Shown one piece after another: positions 6,758 through 15,355 of a stretch of 30,763 nucleotides of DNA; position 1 is the stretch's first letter; every line of letters begins with the position of its first letter. The translations under genes and the position numbers were made by a program. The DNA lies in the IMG/VR virus record IMGVR_UViG_3300023197_000128, positions 1 to 30,763 of that record, one strand, 5' to 3'. The notes under the pieces are model-generated. The model had not been told where the DNA came from and ran no database searches. It was given only the letters and a program-made list of their open reading frames with translations. This DNA comes from a virus. Its lineage: Duplodnaviria; Caudoviricetes.

Positions 6758-9700
6758 CGCCCGGCCTCGACTGGGAGGCGATCTTCTGGGAAGCCCGCGG
6801 CTACCTCGGCCTCGACGAGGGCGCCCCCGTCCCGCGCGAGGAACTCCTCGAGCAGGCGAAGGCCAACGGCTGGAGCGAGCGCGACTTCCAGGAGGCGCTC
6901 CGTGCGACCGACCAGGTCGAGCTCGCCGGCGACGATCTCGAGGGCGATCTCCAGCTCGTCGATGACGACGTCGACGAGGACAACCTCGACGATACACCAG
7001 TAGACGGTTTATCAACTACCGACGTCGACAACGATTCGGAGCCCGATCGGGACGACGACGCCAACGTCGTCTATTCCGAGCGCGACTGGACCGACGTCGA
7101 GGACGACGTCTACCCCGAGGCGATGATCGAGCGCGACGCCTGGATCCCGTGGACCTCCATCGACGGCCGGAAACAGCCGTACGCCCCCTACGCGCAGACT
7201 GAAAACGCCTACTCGTGGTCAGACGTCGACAACTGGACCGACTTCGAGAGCGCCCGCGACTGGGCTGAAAAGCATCCCCAGCTTAAGGGCGTCACTTACA
7301 TCCTCCAGGAGGAGGGCGGCAGCTACGCCGACTTCGGCGACCCGTTCCTCTTCGTCGACGGTGACGACGTCCGCGACCCCGAGACCGGCGACGTCGCCCC
7401 GGCGTTCGTCGAGCTGCTCGAGCAGCTTGGCGCGACGTACACGGACATCTCGACGTCGGGAACCGGTGTCCACGCGCTCTACCGTGGCGAACTTCCCGAG
7501 GGCGTCCGCACCGTCCAGTACGAGCTCCCCGACGACCAGGGCGAGGTCGAGATCTACGACCAGCGCCGCGTCTGCGTGATGACCGGCCAGCACGTCGCCG
7601 GGACGCCTACGATGATCGACGCTGTCGACGAGGCCGGCCTCGAGGACGTGATCGACGAGCACGCCACGCGCCGGTCGACGAACGTCGATCGCGAGGACTG
7701 GGAACCCGACTTCGACCGCGACGACCTCGACGGGATGGACTCGACGTCGAACATCCAGGCGATCTTCGACGCGATCCGCCAGGTCGAACCCCGGGACATC
7801 CGGCTGCGCTCGTCGAAGACCGAGGAGCGCGCCGACGGCACGCTCTCGTTCGACCCGACGTTCGACACCTCCCGCAGCGGGACCCGCCTCGGCTGGGACC
7901 CGGACATCGGTTGGATCTACCGCAAGGGCGACCGCGGCCTCGACGCCCTCCAGGTCGTCGCCCTCGAGGAGCGGATCATCAGTTCCGTCGACGACTACCC
8001 GACCGGGGAGGACTTCTGGCGCGCCGTCGAAGTGCTCCGCGATCGCGGTGCACGCATCCCCGAGTACGAGACGACGTCGTCCGGGACCGGCGCCGGCTCC
8101 ACCCAGTACGACGTCGAGATCTGCGACCCGCCGCAGCGGGCGGCCGAGACGTTCGACCGCGAGGAACGCTGGGAGGAGATCCAGGATCAGCGCCTCGAGG
8201 CCGCCCTCGAGGACGACAAGCTCCACCTCTTCGGCGACGAGGCCGGCGCCGGGAAGACGACGAACGCCGCCCTCGGCTCGCTCCAGCGCGAGCGGGCCCA
8301 CACCGTCTACTTCGACAAGCACCTGAAGGCCCGCGAGTTCGTCACCGACGACGCGATCGCCGACTTCGAGATCGACGTCTTCGACGACGCCGAGTACTTC
8401 CACCTCCGCGGCGCCGAGCAGAAGCGGAAGGGCCACTGCATGGACGCCGATCACGCCGACGAGGACTGCCCCGAGCACGGCCACACCGCCGAGTGCCCGT
8501 CGATGTGCCCGGTCTACGACCTCGACAAGGAGCACCCGACCCGGGAGGCCTACGAGGCGCTCGTCCGCGAGGTCGGTCCGAACAAGGCCCACCAGATCCT
8601 CGAGCTCCAGGACGAGACGGAGCACCCCTGGCACGAAGGCGAGTGCGCCTGGCAGGCCCAGTACTCGGCGCTCGAGACCGAGCCGTACGTCGCCGGCGTC
8701 CACCCGTACATGACCCAGAAGAGCGCTCGCGACACCGGGCTGAACATTATTGACGAGACGCCCGGCCTCGACGCCTTCGAGCGGTCGTTCTCCGTCCGCG
8801 ACCTCACGCGCATCGCGAATAGCCTCGACCGCCTCTCCGACCTGAAGCCCCGGGACGACCCAGTGAAGTACACGGCCCAGAACCTCGCGGCGTTCACGCG
8901 GGAGGTCGTCAACGTCCTCACCGACGTCGATGGGCCCGACTCCATCGAGGACCTCGAGGCGCCGCCGGTCGTCGGAAACGCCTACGAGACCCACAGTGAC
9001 GTCGCCGGCGGCTACGTCGAGCGGGAGGAACCCGAGGAAGACTGGCAGCTCGCGAACGCGCTCGCGAAGACGAAGGTCGACTTCGGCGAGACCATTCTCA
9101 CCCGGATGCAGAACGACAACTGGGAAGGGACGCCCATCTCGATCGACATCGTCCTCACCGCGGCCGCCGAGGCCGGCCTCGACCAGGAGCCCGTCATGCA
9201 GGCGGTCGCGATCCCGCCGATCCTCGAGGCCTGCCCGTGGTGCCAGTCCGAGCTCACCTACGACAACGGCGCCCACTGCTGTACCTCCGACGACTGCGAC
9301 TGGCACGAGGCCCACAACACGCTCATCCACGAGAACGCCGAGGCCGCCCGAGCGATGACCTGGGTCAAGCGTGACCCCTCCGACGCCCCAATCGGGCTGG
9401 CCTTCCGGTCGCTCCCGCTCCCCTCGGAGCTCCCCGACCCGGCGTCGACGATCGTCCTCGACGCCACGGCGAACCCCGAGAAGGTCGCGACGCTCTTCGA
9501 CATCCCCCCCGAGGACGTCGAGGTCTCGGGTGACGACCCGCTCAAGATGCCCGGCCTCCAGGTGACGCAGGTCCTCGACGGCCAGTACCACGCCGGCACG
9601 ATCGAGCAGGCGATCGACGAGGAGCGCTCGCTCGCCGACCGGATCCAGCGGACGATCGACACCGTCGGCACCGTCCACGAGAAGCCGCTGTTCATCTGCA

Positions 9701-10656
9701 AGTCGAGCCTCATCGCCGAGTTCGACTTCCCGGAGAACGCCGAGGTCCTCCACTACCACGCTACCCGCGGGCTCAACCGGAACGACTGCGACGCCGTCGT
9801 CTGCATCGGTGCCCCGCACCCGAAGCTCGAGGACCTCGAACGCGACGCCCAGCTGCTCGCGATGGGTCGCGACGACTTCGACGTCGGCGGCGCCGAGCAC
9901 TCGACCCGCGACGGCGCCGAGAACCCGCCCGTCTACCGGAAGCTCTTCTTCGAGGACGAGCACGGCCGCGGCCGAGCCGTCCCGACGAAGCGCTACACGG
10001 GCCTGGTCGGCGCGCTGTTCGAGGAGAGCCGCGAGTCCGAACTCGTTCAGGCCGTTCACCGGGTACGTCCCCTGCTGGCCGATGGAGACGACCCGAAGCA
10101 CGCCTACCTGCTGACGAACGTCCCGACGGCGCTGCCCGTCGACGAGGTCGCGACGTTCGAGGAGCTCGCCGATCCGCTCCGGGCGCTCATGCCGATTCCG
10201 GAGGGCGCGGTCGAGTTACTCGGTCACGTCGAGCGCGTCCTCGAGGGCGACGGGCCGGACGGCTTCCGTGCCGAGGCGCTCGTCGACGTCGACGCCGACG
10301 GTGCGGTCGAGATGAAGAAACGCGAGTTCCACCGGCTGGCGACCCTGTGCGGGATGGACGTCACCTACGCAACGGTATCCCGATACGTGAACGCCCTCGA
10401 GGAGGTCGGCCTCCTGGAGGGGCAGAAGTACGAACAGCACGCTGGGGTGGCCTACGCATCGGATCTTGCTACTTTCACATCGGCACTACAGGTTCTATCT
10501 GATTGTGGCAGTTTGAAAGTAGCCGCTCGCCGCCGCTTCCGGTCGATCGTGGCCGAATCGGGGTCGGCGCTGGACTGGCTGGCCTGGGCTCGCGAGGTGT
10601 TCGACCTCGAGTTCCCGGCCGCTGGTCGAGGTGCCCCCCCGGATGGCGGAGGATAG
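6754..10656 (+). CDS. Replication protein: AEP primase-polymerase fused to an SF2-like helicase with C-terminal wHTH
   Basis: AEP motifs FVDGDD, STSGTGVH and VEIYD. Helicase motifs AGAGKTT, IIDE, LDATA, RGLN and LVQAVHRVR. Cys clusters. C-terminal TYATVSRYVNALEEVGLL. Confidence 0.8.
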   Translation: MTPGLDWEAIFWEARGYLGLDEGAPVPREELLEQAKANGWSERDFQEALRATDQVELAGDDLEGDLQLVDDDVDEDNLDDTPVDGLSTTDVDNDSEPDRDDDANVVYSERDWTDVEDDVYPEAMIERDAWIPWTSIDGRKQPYAPYAQTENAYSWSDVDNWTDFESARDWAEKHPQLKGVTYILQEEGGSYADFGDPFLFVDGDDVRDPETGDVAPAFVELLEQLGATYTDISTSGTGVHALYRGELPEGVRTVQYELPDDQGEVEIYDQRRVCVMTGQHVAGTPTMIDAVDEAGLEDVIDEHATRRSTNVDREDWEPDFDRDDLDGMDSTSNIQAIFDAIRQVEPRDIRLRSSKTEERADGTLSFDPTFDTSRSGTRLGWDPDIGWIYRKGDRGLDALQVVALEERIISSVDDYPTGEDFWRAVEVLRDRGARIPEYETTSSGTGAGSTQYDVEICDPPQRAAETFDREERWEEIQDQRLEAALEDDKLHLFGDEAGAGKTTNAALGSLQRERAHTVYFDKHLKAREFVTDDAIADFEIDVFDDAEYFHLRGAEQKRKGHCMDADHADEDCPEHGHTAECPSMCPVYDLDKEHPTREAYEALVREVGPNKAHQILELQDETEHPWHEGECAWQAQYSALETEPYVAGVHPYMTQKSARDTGLNIIDETPGLDAFERSFSVRDLTRIANSLDRLSDLKPRDDPVKYTAQNLAAFTREVVNVLTDVDGPDSIEDLEAPPVVGNAYETHSDVAGGYVEREEPEEDWQLANALAKTKVDFGETILTRMQNDNWEGTPISIDIVLTAAAEAGLDQEPVMQAVAIPPILEACPWCQSELTYDNGAHCCTSDDCDWHEAHNTLIHENAEAARAMTWVKRDPSDAPIGLAFRSLPLPSELPDPASTIVLDATANPEKVATLFDIPPEDVEVSGDDPLKMPGLQVTQVLDGQYHAGTIEQAIDEERSLADRIQRTIDTVGTVHEKPLFICKSSLIAEFDFPENAEVLHYHATRGLNRNDCDAVVCIGAPHPKLEDLERDAQLLAMGRDDFDVGGAEHSTRDGAENPPVYRKLFFEDEHGRGRAVPTKRYTGLVGALFEESRESELVQAVHRVRPLLADGDDPKHAYLLTNVPTALPVDEVATFEELADPLRALMPIPEGAVELLGHVERVLEGDGPDGFRAEALVDVDADGAVEMKKREFHRLATLCGMDVTYATVSRYVNALEEVGLLEGQKYEQHAGVAYASDLATFTSALQVLSDCGSLKVAARRRFRSIVAESGSALDWLAWAREVFDLEFPAAGRGAPPDGGG
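10468..10523. repeat. Perfect 10-bp inverted repeat around an AT-enriched spacer inside the replication gene
   Basis: GCTACTTTCA (10468-10477) and TGAAAGTAGC (10514-10523); local codon usage is atypical. Confidence 0.7.
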
Positions 10657-10736
10657 TCCCCGCTCGACGACCGCCTCTCCCGGGGTGAACGGGCCCGCCG
10701 CCCCGGTGTCGAGTAGCCCAGGGTCCAGCACTCACC

Positions 10737-10973
10737 ATGACACGTGAACTCGCCGATGCCGATGACCTCGCCGATCTGCCGCCGAGTGCCAAGTACGTCT
10801 ACCACGTCCTTGAGGAGGAGGACGCGGATCAGCTCACGCGCCAGGAGTTGCTCGACCGCGTCCATCTAAACGAGCGGACGCTCGATCGGGCCCTCGATCA
10901 CCTCCAAAATGTCGACTGTATCGATAAGACGCGCGATTCCGGGGACCTCAGACAGGTAGTCGTCATTTTGTGA
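10737..10973 (+). CDS. Winged-HTH transcriptional regulator (MarR/TrmB-like haloarchaeal type)
   Basis: LPPSAKYVYHVL...LTRQELLDRVHLNERTLDRALDHL...DSGDLRQ. Confidence 0.8.
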   Translation: MTRELADADDLADLPPSAKYVYHVLEEEDADQLTRQELLDRVHLNERTLDRALDHLQNVDCIDKTRDSGDLRQVVVIL

Positions 10974-11020
10974 ATTACACTCAGATATATTACTCTCAGT
11001 CGATGATATTTCTCTCGACG
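10974..11020 (+). promoter_or_regulatory. AT-rich intergenic segment, candidate late-operon promoter/operator
   Basis: ATTACACTCAGATATATTACTCTCAGTCGATGATATTTCTCTC in an otherwise GC-rich sequence, with short imperfect direct repeats (TTACACTCAG/TTACTCTCAG). Confidence 0.4.
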
Positions 11021-11079
11021 GTATCGACGACTGGTCGCGCTCGCTTTTCAGCCGCCGATCGGCGGTGTCCTTCCCAGCC

Positions 11080-11643
11080 ATGGCTACATCATCCAGCACC
11101 CACCAAACCCACTCCCAGTCGAAACAGCCGCTCGACGACGACAAACTCGAGATCCCCGACGACCCGGATCGGGTCTTCGGAGAAGTCGTCGAGCGAAACG
11201 ACCGCGTCTGTAAGCACTGTTACCGCCGGCTCCGTCGGAAGGTAACTTTTCCTCGGGACGTCGGCCTGGACCACGGGGATCTCATGTCGTTCGTTGAGCA
11301 CGTCCTTCCGGACGGAGCGAAGTGGAACCTGCTCGATCGCAAGTACTACGAGCGCGTCGAGCTCCCCCAGCGCGTCGAGGGTGTCTACGACGACACGGGG
11401 AAGTCGCGGTACTGTACGAACTGCGGGACGGTCGACACCCACCGAACTCCCCCTACGCGGTCGAAAGAGCAGGCGTTCGAGGCCGCGGTCAACGTTTCGA
11501 CGACGCTTCACGAACTGGGCGTCGCTCACGACTGGGTGCATTTAGTCGAGCGCGTCCGGGAACTGAAAGGCCAACCGGAGACCGCCGGCAACGACTTCGA
11601 GTGTTTCCGGCGAGCGACAGCGGAAGCGATCCGGCGCGAATAG
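11080..11643 (+). CDS. Hypothetical protein with two CxxC motifs
   Basis: CKHC and CTNC; ATG at 11080. Confidence 0.7.
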   Translation: MATSSSTHQTHSQSKQPLDDDKLEIPDDPDRVFGEVVERNDRVCKHCYRRLRRKVTFPRDVGLDHGDLMSFVEHVLPDGAKWNLLDRKYYERVELPQRVEGVYDDTGKSRYCTNCGTVDTHRTPPTRSKEQAFEAAVNVSTTLHELGVAHDWVHLVERVRELKGQPETAGNDFECFRRATAEAIRRE

Positions 11644-11675
11644 CGCCGTTTCACCAGTCGACCTCGGCGATCCCG

Positions 11676-11840
11676 ATGAGTTCCAATTCTACTCAACCCC
11701 CGATCGAGGTCGCCGTCGGTGCGCCCCTGGTAGTCAGGGACCACGGCGACGAGACGGTCGTCGGGATCTACACCCGAGGCGGCTGGCGCGAACTGAAGCG
11801 GATTCGAGATCCATCTGGCCCAGGTCGTTCGAGGCCATGA
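11676..11840 (+). CDS. Small hypothetical protein (54 aa)
   Basis: MSSNSTQPPIEVAVGAPLVVRD...; its 3' end overlaps the tRNA-like element. Confidence 0.4.
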   Translation: MSSNSTQPPIEVAVGAPLVVRDHGDETVVGIYTRGGWRELKRIRDPSGPGRSRP

Positions 11841-11893
11841 ACAGCAGCGTCACACGTCGCTGCCCGTCGCCGGTTCGATTCCGGTCCTGGGCA
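11818..11893 (+). ncRNA. tRNA-like cloverleaf with an enlarged anticodon loop
   Basis: Acceptor GCCCAGG/CCTGGGC+A; D stem GTTC/GAAC; anticodon stem GCAGC/GCTGC with 10-nt loop GTCACACGTC; variable region CCGTC; T stem GCCGG/CCGGT with loop TTCGATT. Confidence 0.8.
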
Positions 11894-11917
11894 TGAAACA
11901 CATCACTGGTATCATGA

Positions 11918-12133
11918 ATGACAGTACGAAAGAAGGCCCGCTCGCTCGCAGGCCTCGCGGCGGTTATCACGCTGCTGGGCCTGATCGCGGCGGACACGAT
12001 CCATCCGCAGATCTCGTTGAGCCTCGAAGACAAAGTCATCCTCGTGAGCCTCATCTCCGCGCTACTCGGCGTGGACCTGGCTCTACGCGAACTCCCGATC
12101 AAGTTCACTCCCGGAGGGCAAGACGATGAGTGA
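11918..12133 (+). CDS. Small two-TM membrane protein (holin-like candidate)
   Basis: Basic N-terminus (RKKAR) followed by two hydrophobic segments. Confidence 0.65.
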   Translation: MTVRKKARSLAGLAAVITLLGLIAADTIHPQISLSLEDKVILVSLISALLGVDLALRELPIKFTPGGQDDE

Positions 12134-12443
12134 ACCGCCACTCGTCAACTTCCTCGGGATGATCGCCGGCGCCGTCTGGATGTCCAGCGCGCTGTACTTC
12201 CAGCTCATCCGCGAGCGTCGAGTCCACCCCGCGTTCGTCTCGGCGCTGTTCCTCATCGGCGTCGCGCTGATGATGGCCTCCTCGGCGATCGCCGTCGACG
12301 GCCGCCCCAGCTTCGTCGAGGTCCTCGCGCTCACCGCGAACGGACTCTTCATCGGACTCGGGTTCGCCGCCTGGTACGCCATCGAGAAGTACGCGACCCT
12401 CCAGGAGACGAAGAGCCTCGCCGAGGACGGCCTCGAGATCTGA
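12126..12443 (+). CDS. Three-TM membrane protein
   Basis: Three hydrophobic stretches; overlaps the previous gene. Confidence 0.7.
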   Translation: MSEPPLVNFLGMIAGAVWMSSALYFQLIRERRVHPAFVSALFLIGVALMMASSAIAVDGRPSFVEVLALTANGLFIGLGFAAWYAIEKYATLQETKSLAEDGLEI

Positions 12444-12446
12444 CCG

Positions 12447-12605
12447 ATGGACGACGAAGACGAGTACGTCTACGCTCTCGAGCTGACCGAGGACGAGGCC
12501 GAGGACCTCCTCGACGGGACGGAGATCCTCGTCGACGTCCCCGGCCAGTTCATCGAGAAGGACCCGACCATCGCGCTTCGCGTTGTCGACGACGTGGAGG
12601 ACTGA
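12447..12605 (+). CDS. Small acidic hypothetical protein (52 aa)
   Basis: MDDEDEYVYALELTEDEAEDLLDG...; fills the gap between its neighbours. Not in the ORF track. Confidence 0.65.
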   Translation: MDDEDEYVYALELTEDEAEDLLDGTEILVDVPGQFIEKDPTIALRVVDDVED

Positions 12606-12608
12606 CCG

Positions 12609-12815
12609 ATGGGATACGACTACCACTGCGACGTCCGGCTCGACGACGTCTGCGAGATCGGCGGCGACTACCCCGCCCTCGCCGGCCAGTTCCGGAAGGC
12701 AACGTGGCTCAGCGAGGAGTTCGGTGGCCGGATGCAGGAGATGGGCTACGAGCTCGGCGACACGGTCACCATCTGCCCCAGCTGCGCCGAGGAAGTCCTC
12801 CACCCGAAGGGATGA
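12609..12815 (+). CDS. Small Cys-containing (zinc-binding) protein
   Basis: C...CEI...CPSC; SD GGAGG. Confidence 0.7.
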   Translation: MGYDYHCDVRLDDVCEIGGDYPALAGQFRKATWLSEEFGGRMQEMGYELGDTVTICPSCAEEVLHPKG

Positions 12816-12819
12816 CACG

Positions 12820-13128
12820 ATGCACGGACCATCCGGCTCGTCGACGAACAGCCGCCAGCCCGCCCGCGAGGTCTTCTGGGAGCTCCACGACGCAGGGACG
12901 TACTCCTGCCCCGGCTGCGGGCGCGGTCGCGACGACGTCCAGAGCTTCCACGTCCACCACCTCGACGGTGATGCAACGAACCACTCCCGAGACAACCTCG
13001 TCGGGCTCTGCCCGACCTGCCACCTCGGAGACGAACACGACCGGCGGCTCCCCGACTCCACGACCGAGCCGCCCGGTGTCTACGGCACCGGCCCGCCGAC
13101 CGTCGGCGACACGAGTCCCGGTCCTTGA
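12820..13128 (+). CDS. HNH endonuclease (packaging-associated)
   Basis: CPGCG...HVHHLDGDATNHSRDNLVGLCPTCH; immediately upstream of the terminase genes. Confidence 0.88.
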   Translation: MHGPSGSSTNSRQPAREVFWELHDAGTYSCPGCGRGRDDVQSFHVHHLDGDATNHSRDNLVGLCPTCHLGDEHDRRLPDSTTEPPGVYGTGPPTVGDTSPGP

Positions 13129-13164
13129 CCGCGACATGACACCCGGAGTTTTGACGACCACGCC

Positions 13165-13731
13165 ATGACAGACGAAGATCCCGTCCTCGAGATCGCCGAG
13201 GAGGCCCCGACCGACGACGAGGGGCATCCTGTCCATCCGGACCCCGACAAGAGCCATCGGATCTGCGCGGCGACGAAGTCCGATCGGACGACGGCGACCG
13301 AGCACGGCCGGGAGCGTGACGACGTCGAGTACTGCACGCTCGCGGCTGGCTGGGGCGTCGACGACAAGTCCGAAGGGCCGTGTTCGCACCACACCGGGGC
13401 GATCGACAACCGCGGCGAGAACAACCCGAGCTTCGAGCACGGGGCGTTCGCCGAGCACTTCACCTCGCACCTCACCGAGGACGAGAAGGCGGCGTACGAG
13501 GACGCCCGGGAGATGCTCGACTCGCCGGAGGGCTCCCAGGAGGTCGCGAAGGCCGCGGCCTCGATCTGCCTCCAGCAGTTCCGGCGGTCGATGGACGAGC
13601 GGTTCCTCCGGCGGTTCGAGTCACTCTGCGACAAGTTCGGCATCGCGCCCGAGGACGAGCTGACCGTTCACCACGAAGGCCTCGAGGACGCGTTCATGTC
13701 GAACCTGAAGAGCTACTACGAGGAGGACTGA
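13165..13731 (+). CDS. terS: Terminase small subunit (probable)
   Basis: Position before TerL; C..TK...C...CSHHTG zinc motif and GENNPSFEHGAF, like the N..KHG motif of many TerS proteins. Confidence 0.7.
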   Translation: MTDEDPVLEIAEEAPTDDEGHPVHPDPDKSHRICAATKSDRTTATEHGRERDDVEYCTLAAGWGVDDKSEGPCSHHTGAIDNRGENNPSFEHGAFAEHFTSHLTEDEKAAYEDAREMLDSPEGSQEVAKAAASICLQQFRRSMDERFLRRFESLCDKFGIAPEDELTVHHEGLEDAFMSNLKSYYEED

Positions 13732-13732
13732 C

Positions 13733-15349
13733 ATGTCTACGACTTCTGAGACCGAGCCCGTCGACCCGCCGAAGCCCCCGGCGCACTACGCCGAGCGGGC
13801 AGACGCCGGCGACGTCACCTGGCTCGAGGACGCCATCGAGGACTACCTCGGGATCACGGTCGCCGGCGCGCAGGCCGAGATCTGCCGCGCGGTCGCCGAG
13901 CACAAACAGGTACTCGTGGTCACGGCGAACGGTCTCGGGAAGTCGTACATCCTCGCCGCGATCACGATCGTCTGGCTCCTCATCCGCTACCCCGCAGTGT
14001 CGTTCGCGACCTCGGGGACCGAGCGGAAGATGAAGCGGACGTACTGCAAGCCCGTCGAGGCGCTCCACGGGAACGGCCGCGTCCCACTCCCCGGCGAGTA
14101 CAAGAGCCGCCCTGAGCGCATCGAGATCGAGGGCGAGCCCGAGCACTTCTTCGAGGCCAGCTCCCCACGGGACGCCGGCGAACTCGAGGGTGTCCACGGG
14201 GCGTACACGCTGTCGATCATCGAGGAGGCGGACAAGGACGCCGTCGACGAGGACGTCATCGACGCGATGCGCTCGCTCGCGAGCGACGACCGCGACCGCC
14301 TCATCGCCATCGCCAACCCGCCGGAGGACGAGACCAACTCGATCTACGAGTACATGGAGGACCACCCGAAGTGGGAGGTCCTCCGGTTCTCGACGTTCGA
14401 CGCGCACAACGTCCAGGTCGAGCTCGGCAACGCCGAGGGCCCGCTGATCGACGGCATCGCGACGATCTCGAAGCTGGCCGACGACTGGGAGGAGTACAAC
14501 GGCTCGGCCTGGCCCGGCCTCAAGGAAGCCCGGCGCGTCTCCGCGCCGAAGCTCGACGAGGACGGAAACCCAGTGTTCCGGGACGACGACACGCTCGAGA
14601 ACAACCCCGACTTCCGGGCGGACCTCTCGAAGCGCTGGTACCGGCGCCGCGCCGGGATCATGCCCCCGGACGGCGCGAGCGTCCATCGGCCGTACGTCAT
14701 CGGCGACGTGAAGGACGCCTGGTCGCGCGGCGAGGTCCTCGACGAGGACCCCGACTTCGAGCTCCCGGCGCCGGTCGGCTCGGGGATCGACGTCGCCCGC
14801 TCGTCAGACCAGACCGTGCTGGCGACCGTCCACGGCGACGTCATCGAGATCCACTACGCCGAGCGAGGGACGAACCACATCGACCAGGGCGACGAACTCG
14901 AAGAGCTCCTCTTCGAGATGCCGCGTCACCCGGTCGCGGTCGACTTCATCGGTCACGGCTCGGCGATCCACGATCAGCTAGACGAAGTCCTCCCCGACGT
15001 CGGGAAGTTCGAGGCCGGCTCGACGGCCAGCCAGGAGACGACGTACTACTCGAAGTGGGCAGAGGGCATGGCGCTGCTCGGGGAGTTCCTCGACAACGGC
15101 GGTGTGATTCGTGAACGGCAACTTCGGAAGGAGATGCTCGCCGGCGCTCGCGAACTCGAGTTCACCGAGAAGTGGTACTCCAGCCGCGAGGACGAGGTCT
15201 ACACGCTCAGCTCGAAGGACGACATCAAGGATCGCCTCGAGCACTCGCCGGACTACCTGGACGCGGCGATGATGGCGGTCTGGGCGGCCTCGGACGACAC
15301 CGAGTTCGACGAGGCCGACGACGGCGAGGCCTTCCTCATCAACTACTGA
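13733..15349 (+). CDS. terL: Terminase large subunit
   Basis: Walker A TANGLGKS, Walker B IIEEAD, coupling motif IANP, nuclease motifs GIDVARSSD and SPDYLDA. Confidence 0.93.
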   Translation: MSTTSETEPVDPPKPPAHYAERADAGDVTWLEDAIEDYLGITVAGAQAEICRAVAEHKQVLVVTANGLGKSYILAAITIVWLLIRYPAVSFATSGTERKMKRTYCKPVEALHGNGRVPLPGEYKSRPERIEIEGEPEHFFEASSPRDAGELEGVHGAYTLSIIEEADKDAVDEDVIDAMRSLASDDRDRLIAIANPPEDETNSIYEYMEDHPKWEVLRFSTFDAHNVQVELGNAEGPLIDGIATISKLADDWEEYNGSAWPGLKEARRVSAPKLDEDGNPVFRDDDTLENNPDFRADLSKRWYRRRAGIMPPDGASVHRPYVIGDVKDAWSRGEVLDEDPDFELPAPVGSGIDVARSSDQTVLATVHGDVIEIHYAERGTNHIDQGDELEELLFEMPRHPVAVDFIGHGSAIHDQLDEVLPDVGKFEAGSTASQETTYYSKWAEGMALLGEFLDNGGVIRERQLRKEMLAGARELEFTEKWYSSREDEVYTLSSKDDIKDRLEHSPDYLDAAMMAVWAASDDTEFDEADDGEAFLINY

Positions 15350-15355
15350 TACATC

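Noticed and set aside
6991-7022. AT-richer patch in the rep gene N-terminal linker
   Set aside because: Only a 4-bp inverted repeat (GTAG/CTAC); too weak to call a promoter or origin.
7219-10101. 960-aa minus-strand ORF (likewise 27246-30653, 27704-30298, 17561-19957, 20572-22236)
   Set aside because: Antisense shadows of GC-rich acidic genes (GAC/GAG codons read as GTC/CTC, with few stops); V/L/R-rich and without motifs.
10657-10736. GC-rich hairpin after the rep gene as a terminator
   Set aside because: No oligo-T tract, and short GC stems are expected by chance at this composition.
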